Below, in pieces: positions 1 through 14,479 of a DNA stretch of 64,000 nucleotides. Under the pieces are notes generated by a model. That model had not been told where the DNA came from, did no database searches, and saw only the letters and a list, made by a program, of their open reading frames with translations. The position numbers and the translations under genes are program-made. Location: the NCBI GenBank assembly GCA_951406725.2, contig OX597829.1:58094001-58158000 (forward strand), in the 5' to 3' direction. The stretch's first letter is position 1. Each line of letters opens with the position of its first letter. The stretch is from Octopus vulgaris (lineage: Eukaryota).

Positions 1-59
1 TTATTTCCTTTTTTAACGATATACCCTGTGTTAATTACAAAAAAAATTTTTTTTTATAT

Positions 60-335
60 CCGCCGGACTGGCTCCTGTTCAGGTGGCATGTAAAAAACAC
101 CATTTGAGCGTGGGCGTTGCCAATACTGCCTGACCGGCCCTCGTGCCGGTTGCACATAAAAGCACCCGCTACACTCTTGGAATTTTTGGCGTTAGGAAGG
201 GCATCCAGCTGCAGATACTCTGCCAGATCAGATTGGGGCCTAGAGCAGCCATCTGGTTCACCAGCCCTCAGTCAAATCGTCCAACCCATTGTATCATGGA
301 AAGCAGACGTTAAACGATGATGATGATGATGATCA
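60..335 (+). mobile_element. RTE LINE 3' UTR fragment with (GAT)n tail; representative of dozens of copies in the window
   Basis: ggcgttaggaagggcatccagctg...ccaacccat...acgttaaacgatgatgat, the same 3' end as the RTE at 9447-12088. Confidence 0.8.
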
Positions 336-580
336 TCATCATTTTCTTTTCAGCTAAAACAGTCTCCAGTTCTTGTAGTAATGATGTGGAGGGTATCGAC
401 TCCTTGTTTTTCTAAAATACATCATAAATGTTCAATAATATTGAGATCTGCAGACTATGGTGGCTAGATAAGATGTTCAAATTCCCTAGAATGTATTATG
501 TATTCCTTTAGCTTTTAAACTGGCCCAAGTGTTCTCACTATTCTGCTTATCATTGAATTACACTTTTCATTCTGTTTCAG

Positions 581-676
581 ACGGCCTGCTTCAAAGAAGA
601 ACGAGATGTACTGGTGTATGGAGACAGACGCTGGATCACAAATTTACATTATGCTTTTCAGGATGACAATCACTTG
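581..676 (+). CDS. CDC42BPA: MRCK window exon 1 (kinase subdomains III-IV)
   Basis: tttcag|[32 protein letters not shown]|gtaagt; 96 nt, phase 0-0. Confidence 0.96.
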
Positions 677-887
677 GTAAGTCTATTGTTTTTACTCTTT
701 TACTTGTTTGTCATTTGACTGTGGCCATGCTCGAGCATCGCCTTCAGTTGAGCAAATCAACCCCAGGACTTATTTTTGGAAGCCTAGTACTTATTCTATC
801 GGTCTCTTTTGCCAAACTGCTAAGTTACGGGGATGTAAACACACCACCATTGGTTGTCAAGCGATGTTGGGGGACAAACACAAACAT

Positions 888-929
<42 letters not shown>

Positions 930-1039
930 TGTTGTATTTTGGAATGGTCATGTTGCCAGTTTAGCCAATAAAAACTATATATTTGATGTTACTTTGCTTC
1001 AGCATTATTTATTTTTTACATTAATCTTAATCTTATTTC

Positions 1040-1083
1040 GGCCAGAGTTCTTTCGTCACACTTCTGTGACCTCATCAGTGATC
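1040..1083 (-). ncRNA. Minimal hammerhead ribozyme-like motif
   Basis: Minus strand: gatca CTGATGA g GTCACA gaag TGTGAC GAAA gaa CTC tggcc. Confidence 0.55.
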
Positions 1084-1289
1084 CTTTGCTTTCTCCTTTC
1101 TTTTTATTGGCTAAACTGGCAACATGACCATTCCTTAATACAACAATATCTGTTTCAACACATGATTTCACATCAAATATCTTGCATTGTTTATACCTTT
1201 TATTCTTTTGAATAAGTATCAGTGGAATTTTTGAAACATATGTAGAAAGTAAAAATACTTGTTTAAACCTGCGTTAACTCCATTTTTTA

Positions 1290-1339
<50 letters not shown>

Positions 1340-1589
1340 CATATATACATATATACATATATACAATGGGCTTCTTTCAGTTTCGGTCTACCAAATCCAC
1401 TCACAAGGCTTTTGTTGGCCCAAGGCTATAGTAGAAGACATTTGCCCAAGGTGACACTCAGTGGAAATGGACCCGGAATCATGTGGTTGGTAAGCTAGCT
1501 ACTTGCCACACAGTCACTCCTGCGCCTATTTTAATTTCCGCTAACTCTGCAGTCTTTTATTCTTAGTTAGATCAAACAGTAATGTTGTC

Positions 1590-1975
1590 ATGTGGAGGAA
1601 CAATGGCCCAGTGGTTAGGGCAGCAGATTTGTGGTCGTCGGATCACGATTTCGATTCCCAGATCGGTCATTGTGTGTGTTTATTGAGTGAAAGCACCTAA
1701 AGTTTGACGAGGCTCCAGCAGGGATGGTGGCGAACCCTGCTGTATTATTTCACCACAACTTTCTCTCACTCCTTCTTCCTGTTTCTATCGTACCTGTATT
1801 TCAAAGAGGCCAGCTTTGTCACACTCTGTGTGACACTGAATCTCCTCGAGAACTATGTTAAGGGTACGTGTCTGTGGAGTGCTCAGCCACTTGCATGTTA
1901 ATTTCATGAGCAGGCTGTTCTGTTGATTGGTTCATCTGGGACCCTTGTCGTCTTAACCAACTGAGTGCCAACCAT
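1590..1975 (+). mobile_element. tRNA-derived SINE (second family)
   Basis: A box tggcccagtgg and B-box-like ttcgattcc followed by a non-tRNA body. Confidence 0.6.
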
Positions 1976-2442
1976 AAAATAATAAAACCATAGTAAAATA
2001 TCTTAGTTATCATTAAGCTAGTGTTAAGAACATAAATTGTGACTAAGGTTTGAAGATTTTAATTCAAAACTTATGAAAACAAAACATTTGTACTACAGAG
2101 CGAAAGGTGTTTTCAGCCGTGTTGGTAACGAAAAGATTAAGAATTTCTCGATCTGCCATTCAAAGGGAAAAGATCCTGCCCTAAGCCATCTCCCATAGTA
2201 CTACACCCTCTCTCAATCAAGAGAATCTTTGTCATGCAAGTTATTTAGTGACCTCACTGATGCTGGTGCCCCATAAAAAAAAGATATCCAGATCACACTG
2301 TAAAGAGATTAGTATTAGGAAAAGCATCTCTTGTGAAAACCACATGAAAGCAGATATTGGAACTTGATGTAGTATTTGAAACTGTCCAACCCATGCCAGC
2401 ATGGTAAAAGGAACTCAGGTTGAATAATAATGATGACAATAA

Positions 2443-3443
2443 TCAATATCCATAAAGCTGAAATGCGAAAAAGTTTGTTTGTCTGATTTTGGGATTGTGA
2501 CGGGTTAAGGGTTACTAGATGGGGTCGGATTGGCTCCAAGATTTACAGGGACATGTAAAAAGAGGCAGGGAAGTGAGTGGATTAGGTTAGAAACTCCTAT
2601 CTCAAAAGCTGTGGTTACTAGGGCAAAAAATCCCACACTTTTGTCATTTTTCTCTTTCGCATATCACCCTCTCTTCCTCCGGCTCTCTCTCTCTTTCCTA
2701 CCTTCCCTCCACTTTCTCTCTGTAACAACGTTTGACAGCTTTGCCGTCTCTTTGTCTCTCTTTCTCCCACCACCTCTCTCACTGTACGTCTGTCTGTATC
2801 TATAAAGAGAAAGCGTTGACAGCCGCAAAAGTTTAAATATTCCCGCTAATCTTAATATATTATTGTCATCAACCCCTAGACATTAGTGGCTGCAATCAAT
2901 ATCTATAAAGCTGAAATGTGGAAAAGTCGTTTGATTTCTTGGTTATTTGTCTCATTTTGGGATGGGAACAGTTTAAGGGGCGGTTTCTCATTTTTGCCTT
3001 TTATTTTTTATTGTTTACAGTTTTCATTTTTTCTGAAAGAAATTTACAGCTGCATATAGCGCGTGTTTAGAGCTTTCATTTGCATGGTCAATCGTCAAAA
3101 AATTCCCAAAATAAGTACTAAATTTAACAAAGAAATCCTTTTTCTCCTTATTTTTAACCGCTAAAATAGTGGCACATACAAAAGGCAAGTGTGCTTTCTG
3201 TTGTCACTGCCTGATATTTATGATTGATCTTTCAAAATATCTTCTTTCACAACTTACTCAAGGTCTTTTGTTTTTTTATAAATGGGAGAGATATAGATAG
3301 AGAAAGATAGAGAGTAAGAGAAAGCTAGGGAGAGTCCGAGAGAAAGGAAGAGTGAGAGAGTAACAAAGGAGAATGTTGTGATAAGAAACAGAAAGTAACA
3401 ACCATACCCTCACCCGTGCATAGAGCGGGTCACCTTAAGCTAG
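2443..3443 (+). mobile_element. Non-autonomous Helitron-like element
   Basis: 5' a|TC, 3' hairpin ACCCG-tgcatagag-CGGGT then CTAG|t; first ~790 nt nearly identical to 19339-20118. Confidence 0.7.
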
Positions 3444-3479
3444 TCTATATATATATTTACGTTTTAATTTATATTTCAG

Positions 3480-3722
3480 TATCTCGTCATGGATTACTAT
3501 TGCGGAGGCGACCTATTAACATTATTAAGCAAATATGAAGAACGCTTACCAGAAGACATGGCTCGTTTTTATATAGCTGAGATGGTTTTGGCAATACACT
3601 CATTGCACATGCTTAGATATGTACACAGAGATATTAAACCTGACAATGTACTTCTGGATAAAAATGGCCACATTGTGCTTGCTGATTTTGGCTCTTGCCT
3701 GAAGTTATTAACAGATGGGACT
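3480..3722 (+). CDS. CDC42BPA: MRCK window exon 2 (catalytic loop and DFG)
   Basis: tttcag|[18 protein letters not shown]...[33 protein letters not shown]|gtaagt; 243 nt, phase 0-0. Confidence 0.97.
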
Positions 3723-3879
3723 GTAAGTACCAACTCCCTCTTTCTATTGGTTCTTTTTCTTTCTGTTTTACAGGGTGCCGTCCGTAAATTATTTTTACAA
3801 CTTGCGCATTCTATTGTCTGCGAGTTGCTTGGTAACCTCACTGCTACCACCTATACAGCACAGAGGAATGGAAGACAAA

Positions 3880-4880
3880 TACAGGAGCCTGACTGGCCCC
3901 CTATCTGTTTATGATGGTTGCTGTCGAGTCCTCAGATGTTCTCAGACCTTAGACTGCTCTGAATGGCATAATGAGGAACCACAAACTCGGGCATCACTGC
4001 TCATAATGTAGATATGTACAGGAGCCTGATTGGCCCCTATCAGTTTATGCTAGTTGCTGTTGAGACCTCAGATTTTCTCAGACCTCAGACTACTCTGAAT
4101 GACATACCATAAATCCTCGAGTATAGTCTGCCCTTGAGTATAATATGCAGGGGACTTTTAGGGCGCTGAACTTCTGAAAAACCTAAACCTTGTGTATAAT
4201 ACGCACCCCTTCTCTAACTTGAGTCGTGCGTAATTAAGCCAGCAGCACCTTGTCGAACAAACACTTCTGCGCATACGTAATACAATAATGGTGATGTTCT
4301 TAACTGTTATATGGGAATGTAAATATGTTTGCAAATTGTTTTTGTTACATATTATTCAGTGTTCTGAATACTTTTATTGTAATAAATGTTGCTTACTGCA
4401 AGTTATGGATGATTCTTTTATGACTTCATTGCTTTCAGGCTTAGCTTAAGGTATTTTCGTGCCCTGCATCACAAAATGCGCCTGAATAAACATTGCTGGA
4501 CAGCAAATAGAGACTCAGACATTGCTTAGAAAATATTTTTCATTTTTAACCTGGTATATAGGACGCACTAGGAATTTTGACCTTTAAAATTTGGGAAAAA
4601 GTGCGGATTTACTGTAATTATGAAGGGCCTCGACACAGATCTTCCCATCACAATAGGTCTTGACCATAAGGATGTTACATGCCCCAGCAGAATAACCTTT
4701 TTTTTTTTTTTACAAAAAAGGCAGACCCCTAATCTGAGAAATAACATGCTACAACAAGTTTTCTGGCTCAAACCTTACTGGATCAACCACAAACCCAGCA
4801 ATCACTCCCCATAATGTAAATATGTACAGGAGCCTGACTGGCCCCTATCAGTTTATGCTGGTTGCTGTCGAGACCTCACA
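3880..4880. repeat. Degenerate ~135-bp tandem repeat (caggagcctgactggcccctatcagtttatg...), interrupted by a pogo-type MITE
   Basis: Units at about 3880, 4015 and 4820. Confidence 0.7.
4107..4614 (+). mobile_element. pogo/Tigger-type non-autonomous DNA transposon
   Basis: TA|CCATAAATCCTCGAG...GGATTTACTG|TA; same family as 14756, 53346 and 62985. Confidence 0.85.
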
Positions 4881-5867
4881 CCGCTGATTTTCTCCACAAA
4901 AATCTGGATAACTGCAATCCTTCTGCAAAATAACCCCCATGAGATAGAGTGGCCCTTGCAACAAGTATCATTGGTCATTCTGTATGTAGCAATTCCTCTC
5001 CAGTTATATCCGCAAAGTACAGCTGAAGTTGCCATTTGGTCTGGGGTGCACAACCCATTCCGCCAACCTGTATTCTGCTTAGTTCCTACATCTCTTCTTT
5101 TTCTTTTCTTTGTTTCCTTGATAAGGTATTTATGGGTTTTTTCTTTGATTAATCTCGTCTTTACACTTTTAATGTATTTTTTTCCTTCTTTTCTTCCTGT
5201 TAAAATATCATAATCATTTAACGTCTACTTTCCATGCTAGCATGGGTTGGACAATTTGACTGAGGACTGGTGAACCATATGGCTGCGCCAGGCTCCAATC
5301 TAATCTGGCAGAGTTTCTACAGCTGGATGCCCTTCCTAACACCAACCACTCCAAGAGTGTAGTAGGTGCTTTTATGCTCCACGGGCCAGTCTGGTGGTAC
5401 TGGCATCGGCCACGCTTGAAATGGTGGTTTTTTACGTGCCACCTGCAAAGGAGTTAGTCCAGCGCCACTGGCAACAACCTCGCTCGATTGTTTTGTTCAC
5501 GTGCCAGTAAAGGGACACTGGTAACGATCATGCTCAAATGGTGCTTTTTATGTGCCACCGGCACAGAAGCCAGACAGCTGCTTTGGCAGTGATCCTGCTC
5601 GGATGGAGCTGTTAGTACTCCACTGGCATGGTAGTGGTTGATAAATTCGAAATACGACTATCAAAGTTGAGATCCATCAATCACTTTATTTTTGTGTTAA
5701 ATTCAGTGATCCCTCGTTTATCACAGTAGATTGGTTCCAAGACCCGCCACGATAACTGAATTTCTGTGAAGTAGGGACATCATATTTACAATATTTATTT
5801 AACGTGTATTTGGACTTCTAAAACCCTCACTGTACTGTTAACAACGCACCCATTACAGAAGCCTGTC

Positions 5868-5896
<29 letters not shown>

Positions 5897-5898
<2 letters not shown>

Positions 5899-6220
5899 GG
5901 CGCAGGAGTGGCTGTGTGGTAAGTAGCTTGCTAACCAACCACATGGTTCCGCGTTCAGTCCCACTGCGTGGCACCTTAGTCAAATGCCTTCAACTATAGC
6001 CTTGGGCTGACCAAATCCTTGTGAGTGGATTTGGTAGGTGGAAACTGAAGGAAGCCTGTCGTATATATATATATGTGTGTATATGCTTGTGTGTCTGTGT
6101 TTGTCCCTCCAACATCGCTTGACAACCGATGCTGGTATGTTTATGTCCTGATAGAATAAGTACTCGGCTTACAAAGAATAAGTCCTGGGGTTGATTTGCT
6201 CGACTAAAGGCGGTGCTCAA
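5897..6220 (+). mobile_element. Main tRNA-derived SINE family (head, CORE-like segment, internal TA/TG microsatellite, 3' part); more than 20 copies in the window
   Basis: ggcgcaggagtggctgtgtggtaag...gttcagtcccactgcgtggcacctt...; other copies at 8420, 9055, 14167, 17510, 18192, 18653, 21695, 22560, 29808, 35910, 40630, 49870 and 61570. Confidence 0.85.
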
Positions 6221-6224
6221 AGTT

Positions 6225-6791
6225 ATCTTGCAGACATCACACATGTATCTGCTTTCTCTTCGAATCAGACAAGCAATTGATTTCGTGCCATGCACGTGCA
6301 TCTATCTGATTATTTTCTTCGTCATTTTCTGAAAAATTGTCAGAGTCTGAACTACACGTGTCTAATTCATCGCCAGAGCTTTCCAGATTGTGAAATGAAA
6401 AACCGCTCTCGTGATTGCTGAATATATTGAAGTTTTCATCCATTTTGAGAAAAAGAAATGTGTAAATAATTCTCTTATTTGTATAAAAAATAGAGAATCA
6501 GAACGAGACGGATCTAAAATGGCATCAACCTTCTCCTGAATCTGAGAATGCACTGAAGTAAAAGTACAAAACTTAGAAGCATAAATTCTTTGAAATGGTG
6601 CCAGAATATGTGCTGCCAGGCATACGACAACGCAAGTAAATTCGTGGTTGCTCAGAAATGAAATGACACAAAACAAAGAAACTCGTTTGAGTGCTAAAAT
6701 TAAAAGTTAATTTTGACCGGGTATACCCGTGCTGGTTCTAAAAAGATACATTTACGATGCACGAGTAAACTTGGGATAATCCATTGAGGGG
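6225..6791 (-). mobile_element. piggyBac-like element, left end with acidic transposase N-terminus
   Basis: Reverse complement of 36514-36985; terminus CCCCT(T/C)AATGG; ORF start MDENFNIFSNHESGFSFHNLESSGDELDTCSSDSD. Confidence 0.65.
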
Positions 6792-7132
6792 TTAGTATTG
6801 GAGACCCTAACTCAATTATTTACATCATGAAATAACTTTTGCACTGAAATTTGTATTTAAACATAAAGAGGTTTTCTGGGGCAGTTGTGGACATGTTGGG
6901 TTAGGGTTGTTAACTTAAAACAAATTCGTGGGTGATTTTGGGTGTATTGGTAACGAAAGGATTAATATATGAAATATTGGCTTCCAATTTTTGGCACAAG
7001 ACCACCAATTCTGTAGGGGAGGTTAGTTGATTACATCGGCTGTACATAATACCTCATCCCTTACATATATAACTGTATTAAAATCATGTTGATTTTATGC
7101 TGTAATTAATTTGAGTTCTATTTATTTTTTAG

Positions 7133-7189
7133 GTCCAGTCGTCTGTTGCTGTTGGTACACCAGATTATATATCCCCAGAAATTCTCAGA
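7133..7189 (+). CDS. CDC42BPA: MRCK window exon 3 (activation segment)
   Basis: ttttag|VQSSVAVGTPDYISPEILR|gtaagt; 57 nt, phase 0-0. Confidence 0.96.
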
Positions 7190-7231
7190 GTAAGTACAAG
7201 CTACACTCTAAAAGCAAAAACTGATCATGTA

Positions 7232-8889
7232 TCAGGTCATCCCATAAGTTCTGTCTGAATTTTGAATAAAGAAAAATGATCAAATGTTATATTTAATTGA
7301 AATTTAATCATCAATGTACTTTCCCTGATTATCTATGACTTTTTTCCATCTATTTACAAGCTTTTTAATTTCATCAATGTAAAACTCTTGGTTTCAAATC
7401 AAAGAACTCTGAAATGTCAGTTTCGACCTCCTCCTGGCTTGCAAAAGTTATGTCCCCCAAATGATTCTGTAAACTACGAAACAAATGGTAGTCTGAAGGA
7501 ACGAGGTCAGGAGAATAAGGTGGATGAGGAATTTTTTCCCAACCAAGCTCTTTGATCTTCTGTGATGTGATCTTTGCACTGTGGGGTCGCGCATTGTCCT
7601 GATGAAGTATCACTCCCTTTCGATTCACTAAAGCAGGTCTTTTTTGCTTCAAAGCCTGGTTCAAACTCTCTAATTGCTGACGGCACACTTGAGCATTGAT
7701 TGTTGCATTAGGTGGTAACAATTCAAAGTGAATTACTCCTTTGTAATCCCACCAGATAGAGAGAAGAACCTTTTTCCCATGAAGTTCCCTTCTCGGTTGT
7801 GGTTGCGCTTTTCCCCTTTTACCAAGCCACTGTTTACGACGTTTAACATTTCAATAGAAGATCCATTTTTCTTCACCAGTCACAATTCTATCCAAAAAGG
7901 GTGAAATGAGTTGGCGAGAATTGAGAGAAGAGCAGATGTCAACTCGGGATTTGCAGTTGCTTTCGGACAATTCATGAGGCTCACATTTTCCAAGATTAGG
8001 AACCTTTCCAAGTTGTTGAAGATGACGATGAACAGTTGTATGGTTTTGAACTAAGATTTATTGCCAATTCTTCAACTGATAATTCAGGATTTTCTTCAAG
8101 TAATGCCTCAAGGAGCTTATCATCAAACTCAACTGGACATCCTGTTCGATCTTCATCTTTAAGGCTGCAATCTCTACTTCTGAATTTTGCAAACCATCTT
8201 CTACAAGTTCTTTCATTCAAGCATTCTTTCCCATAAACTGAGTGTATGTTTTGAGTCACTTCGGCTGCAGAGTTTCCTTTTTTGTACTCATGAAGCATTG
8301 TGTGCCTTAAATACTCTTTGGATACTTCCATATTAGAAAGGGTTTTAATCAAAGAAATTTTAATTCTATTCTGTAAAATAATATTTAATTAGTTTAAATG
8401 TACTATTTAATTAGTTTAGATAGGCGTAGGAGTGGCTGTGTGGTAAGCAGCTTGCTTACAAACCACATGGTTCCGGGTTCAATTCCACTGTGGCACCTTG
8501 GGCAAATGTCTTCTGCTATAGCCTCGGGCCGACCAAGCCTTGTTGAGTGGATTTGGTAGACAGAAACTGAAAGAAGCCTGTCGTTTATATATATATATAT
8601 ATGTGTGTGTGTCTGTCTGTCTGTCTTTGTCCCTCCAACATCGCTTGACAACTGATGGTGGTGCGTTTACGTCCCTGTAGCTTAGCGATTCGGCAAAAGA
8701 GACCAAATATAATAATTAGTAGGCCTACTAAGAATAAGTCCTGGGGTTGATTTGGTTGACTAAATGCAGTAAAAGAGTACACAAATGCATAAAAATAATT
8801 TTTAATTCCATTAGACATTCTAAAATACTCTTAAATTTCACTCAATTTTAAAAATAGTAAAATCGGACAGAACTTATGGGATGACCTGA
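7232..8889 (-). mobile_element. mariner (Tc1/mariner, DD34D-type) transposon, full length, degenerate transposase, SINE inserted at ~8420-8770
   Basis: TA|TCAGGTCATCCCATAAGTTCTGTC...GACAGAACTTATGGGATGACCTGA|TA TIRs; HTH N-terminus at 7996-8352; LHQDNARPH and HPPYSPDLVPSDYHLF at 7374-7721. Confidence 0.95.
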
Positions 8890-9446
8890 TAGCATCCTCT
8901 TGTCTTCTGAGGACTGAATGCTAAAGTTTGTATATTTCTTATGTTGGGACCTGCAATTCTAGTATGTAATTCAGCCATCTGCTTCACATCATTTGTGAAT
9001 GACATGTTGAATGCACTGGGGCAAGTTTGTTGTTAGGACAAATTATGTTTGTTTCACTTGTTTCAGCCATTTCACTGTGGCCATGCTGGAGCACTGCCTT
9101 TAGTTGAGCAATCGAACCCCAGGGCTTATTCTTTGTAAGCCTAGTACTTATTCTATCAGACTCTTTTGCCGAACTGCTAGGTTACGGGGACATAAACACG
9201 CCAGCATCGGTTGTCATCGATGTTGGGGGGACAAACACAGACACACAAATGCACACACACATATATATACATATATACGACGGGCTTCTTTCAGTTTCCG
9301 TCTACCAAATCCACTCACAAGGCCTGAGGCTATGGTAGAAGACACTTGCTCAAGGAGTCACACAGTGGGACTGAACCTGGAACCATGTGGTTGGTAAGCA
9401 AGCTTCTTACCACACAGCCACTCCTGCGCCCACATATATATATATA

Positions 9447-12088
9447 TCATCATCATCATCATCATCAATGTCCACTCTACATGCTAGCATAGCTTGGACG
9501 GTCCAACTGGGGTCTGTGAAGCCAGAAGGCTGCATCAGGCCCAGTCTGATCTGGCAGTGTTTCTACAGCTGGATGCCCTTCCTTACGCCAACCACTCCGT
9601 GAGTGTAGTGGGTCTTTTTTATGTGCCACTGGCACGGACGCCAGTTGATGTGGCACTGGCAACGGCCACGTTTGGATTGTTCACTTACATGCCACCGGCA
9701 CTGATATCACAGCTACAATTTCCATTGATGTTGATCAATTTCGATTTCGATTCTGATTCTCACTTGCCTCAACAGGTCTTCACAAGTAGAGTTTTGTGTC
9801 CCAAGAAGGAAAGGTATGCATAAGTGGACTGCCTACATCCCAGGTAGAGGCCATGAGTTATGGTCTCACTTTTCCTGCCGGGTCTTCTCATGCACAGCAT
9901 ACTTCCAAAGGTCTCGGTCTCTAGTCATTTCCTCGGTGAGACCTAAAGTTCGAAGGTCGTGCTTCACCACCTCGTCCCAGGTTTTCCTGGGTCTTCCTCT
10001 TCCACAGGTTCCCTCAACCGCTAGGGATTGGCACTTTTTCACACACCTATCTTCATTCATTCTCGTCACATGACCATACCAGCGCAAATGTCTCTCTTGC
10101 ACACCACAACTGATGCTTCTTAGGTCCAACTTTTTTCTCAAGGTACTGACACTATGTCGAGTATGAACACTGACATTACACATCCATTGGAGCATACTGG
10201 CTTCATTCCTTGCGAGCTTACGCATATCCTGTAGCATGGCTGTTTGTACACATGCATCATACAGTCTGCCTTTTACTCTGAGCGAGAGGCCTTTTGTCCC
10301 TAGCAGAGGTAAGAGCTCTCTGAACTTTGCCCAGGCTATTCTTACTCTAGTAGTTACACTTTCAGCACACCTGCCCCCTCTACTGACTTGGTCACCTAGG
10401 TAACGGAAGCTATCGACTATTTCTAGTTTTTCTCCCTGGAAGTGGAAGTTGGTTTCTGCGCATTTTCAGTGTTTATTGCTCCTGAGCGTCTGCCACATAC
10501 AAAAACTATTTTCCTAGTTAGCCTTCCTTTGACATTGCTGCACCTCTTATGTGTCCATAGCTTACACTTTGTGCATCTTATAGAGTTTCTACCTACGCCT
10601 TTTCTACAGATGGAGCAGGGCCATCTACCTGAAGGCGTTTGTGATGTGTCTACCTTCCTACTTATTAGGACTTTGGTTTTAGCTAGGTTGACTCTAAGGC
10701 CCTTCGATTCTAATCCTTGCTTCCACACCTGAAACTTCTCCTCCAGTTCTGATAGTGACTCAGCAATTAGAGCAAGGTCATCAGCATAGAGGAGCTCCCA
10801 GGGGCAACCTGTCTTGAATTCCTCCATTATTGCCAGGAGGACTATGATAAATAGGAGGGGACTGAGGACTGAGCCTTGGTAGACCCCTACCTCTACCCGG
10901 AATTCTTCACTGTACTCATTGCCAACCCTCACCCTTACTAACAGCGTCCCTGTACATGGCTCGCACAGCTCTCACTAACAATTCATCTATCCCTAGTTTC
11001 CTCATTGACCACCAGATAAGGGATCGGGGGACCCTGTCGAAGGCTTTCTACATGTCAATGAAAGCCAGGTACAGGGGCTTATCTTTAGCTAGGTATTGCT
11101 CCTGCAGCTGCCTTACCAGGAATATAGCATCAGTGGTGCTTTTCCCTGGCACGAACCCAAACTGCATCTCATCTAAACTAACTCTCTCTCTAATTAGTTG
11201 GGCTATGACCCTCTTCATGACCTTCATTACTTGATCCAGCAACTTGATACCCCTGTAGTTATTTGTATCTAGGGCGTCACCTTTACCTTTGTAGCTGTTG
11301 ACTATTATGCTGCTACACCAGTCATTGGGAATGACTCCTTCGTGTATCACCTGGTTAACTATACGGGTGACTAGGTTATAGCCGACACTGCCAGATATTT
11401 TGAGCATCTCTACAGTGATTCCTGATGGGCCAGGGGCTTTCCTTGTCTTCATACTCTTAATTGCTTTATCTACCAAGGTACTGTCAACTTGGATAACAGG
11501 TCCCTCTGTTGGGTCGACATTCGGCAAACTCTCTTTCTCCCATTCATTCTCTTTATTGAGCAACCTTTCATAGTGGCATCTCCAAACCTCTCTCTTTGCA
11601 TCCTCATTTAGCGCAAATGAACCATCATCCATGCGAACACATTTCTCTCCTACCACATCACGATTCTCTCACACACTGTCTTGCAACATGTAACACCTCC
11701 AGTCTTTGGTCCTCATGGCACAGAACATTGGCAAATTTTTTTTTATCTGCTTCCCCCCTGGCTAAATAAACCTGTCTCCTAGCTTCCTTTCTGGCAGTTT
11801 GATACAATTCCCTGCTACCTCCGTTCTTCCAGTCCCTCTAAGCCTGTTCTTTTGTCTAATAGCCATGTCAACCACATTGTTCCACCACCACGTTACCTTG
11901 GGGTCGAGATGGGACTTTGCTCCATCCACAGATCTGGTCAGTGGCTCTCAGCAGGTTGTCCCGTAGAAACCTCCAGTTGTCTTCCACATTATGTGATGCT
12001 ATATCCCCTTCTATTTCATCGAAGGCTTCTAGTAGGACGTCTCTAAATTTCTGTCCATTTGCAAGGTCTTCTCCTCCAAGCTGGTCTT
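9447..12088 (-). mobile_element. RTE-clade LINE, 5'-truncated and frameshifted
   Basis: RT motifs NYRGIKLL, QFGFVPGKSTTDAIF, GVYQGSVLSPLLF, LLYADDLAL; C-terminus LRWYGHV...GRGRPRKTW; (GAT)n tail. Confidence 0.95.
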
Positions 12089-12789
12089 CTTCATCATCAT
12101 CATCATCATCATCGTTTAACGTCCGCTTTCCATGCTAGCATGGGTTGGACGATTTGACTGAGGTCTGGCGAACCAAACTCCAATCTGATTTGGCAGAGTT
12201 TCTACAGCTGGATGCCCTTCCTAATGCCAACCACTCCGAGAGTGTAGTGGTTGCATTTATGTGATACCACAGATTTGCTTGTCAGTTGTTTGACCTTAAC
12301 CAGTTGACCATGTCCCTTAGTGGCTGACGATATGTGCATCTCTGATCATGAGTAGAAGTAGTGGGAGAGCATCTTAGCCGTGTGTTGAAAGGAATTCTTG
12401 GTGGTTTGGATAATTCATCTTCGGAAACATGGGATTTTGTTCAACATCTTGAAACTATAATAATAATAAGAAGAAGAAGAACATCAAAAAATACCTTAAT
12501 ATCTGAATCTTTTCAACACTAATTCTCATCCATTCCGGATCTTTACCTTTTGACTGGCAGATTTAAGAAGTAATTTTTTGTAACTAAACACTTTCAAATT
12601 TTGGGCACTGGTTGAATGTGTCATATAAAACATATTTTACTTGTAATGTTTTTGACAAACTTTTGTCTTTTAGAAGTTATTTCCTGTTAAAGTTGTCGTA
12701 TTTTGGTAATTTCAACCAATCAATGACGTGCATTCAGCTGAATAAAATTACTGCCGTTGTTTGTCAACAACAACTTCTGGCAACTTTGC

Positions 12790-12940
12790 ACATTATTTAT
12801 ATTTGACGGATATTTGTTCTCATCTTGTTTGTTGTTAAAACAACGTTTCAGCTGATATACCCTCCAGCCTTCTTCAGGTGTCTTGGGGAAATTTCGAACC
12901 TGGGTTCTCATTCCTAAGGTGTTTTTTGATGTTATTATTA
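12790..12940 (-). mobile_element. PLE terminal-repeat unit with HHR motif (12837-12882)
   Basis: Minus strand: CTGAAGA a ggctg...cagct GAAA CGTT. Confidence 0.75.
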
Positions 12941-13004
12941 TTATTCCATGCTAGCATGGAAAACTGACGCTAAACGATGATGATGATGATGATTATTATT
13001 ATTA

Positions 13005-14280
<1,276 letters not shown>

Positions 14281-14479
14281 TGAAAGAAGCCCGTCATATA
14301 TATATGTATATGTATGTTTGTCTGTCTGTGTTTGTCTCCCCAACATCGCTTTTCCCGTTGCTGGTGTGTTTATGTCCCTGTAACCTAGAGACCGATAGAA
14401 TAAGTTCTGGGGTCGATCTGCTCGACGAAAGGCGGTGCTCCAGCATGGCTACAGTCAAATGACTGAAACAAGTAAAAGA

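Noticed and set aside
2530-2805. Duplicated 91/100-aa ORF (also 19425-19727)
   Set aside because: Lies in a repeated Helitron-like element, CT-rich, with a non-ATG start and no recognisable domain
3723-3914. Extension of the kinase ORF beyond the exon, as in the ORF track
   Set aside because: Similarity to MRCK stops at the gtaagt donor; intronic read-through only
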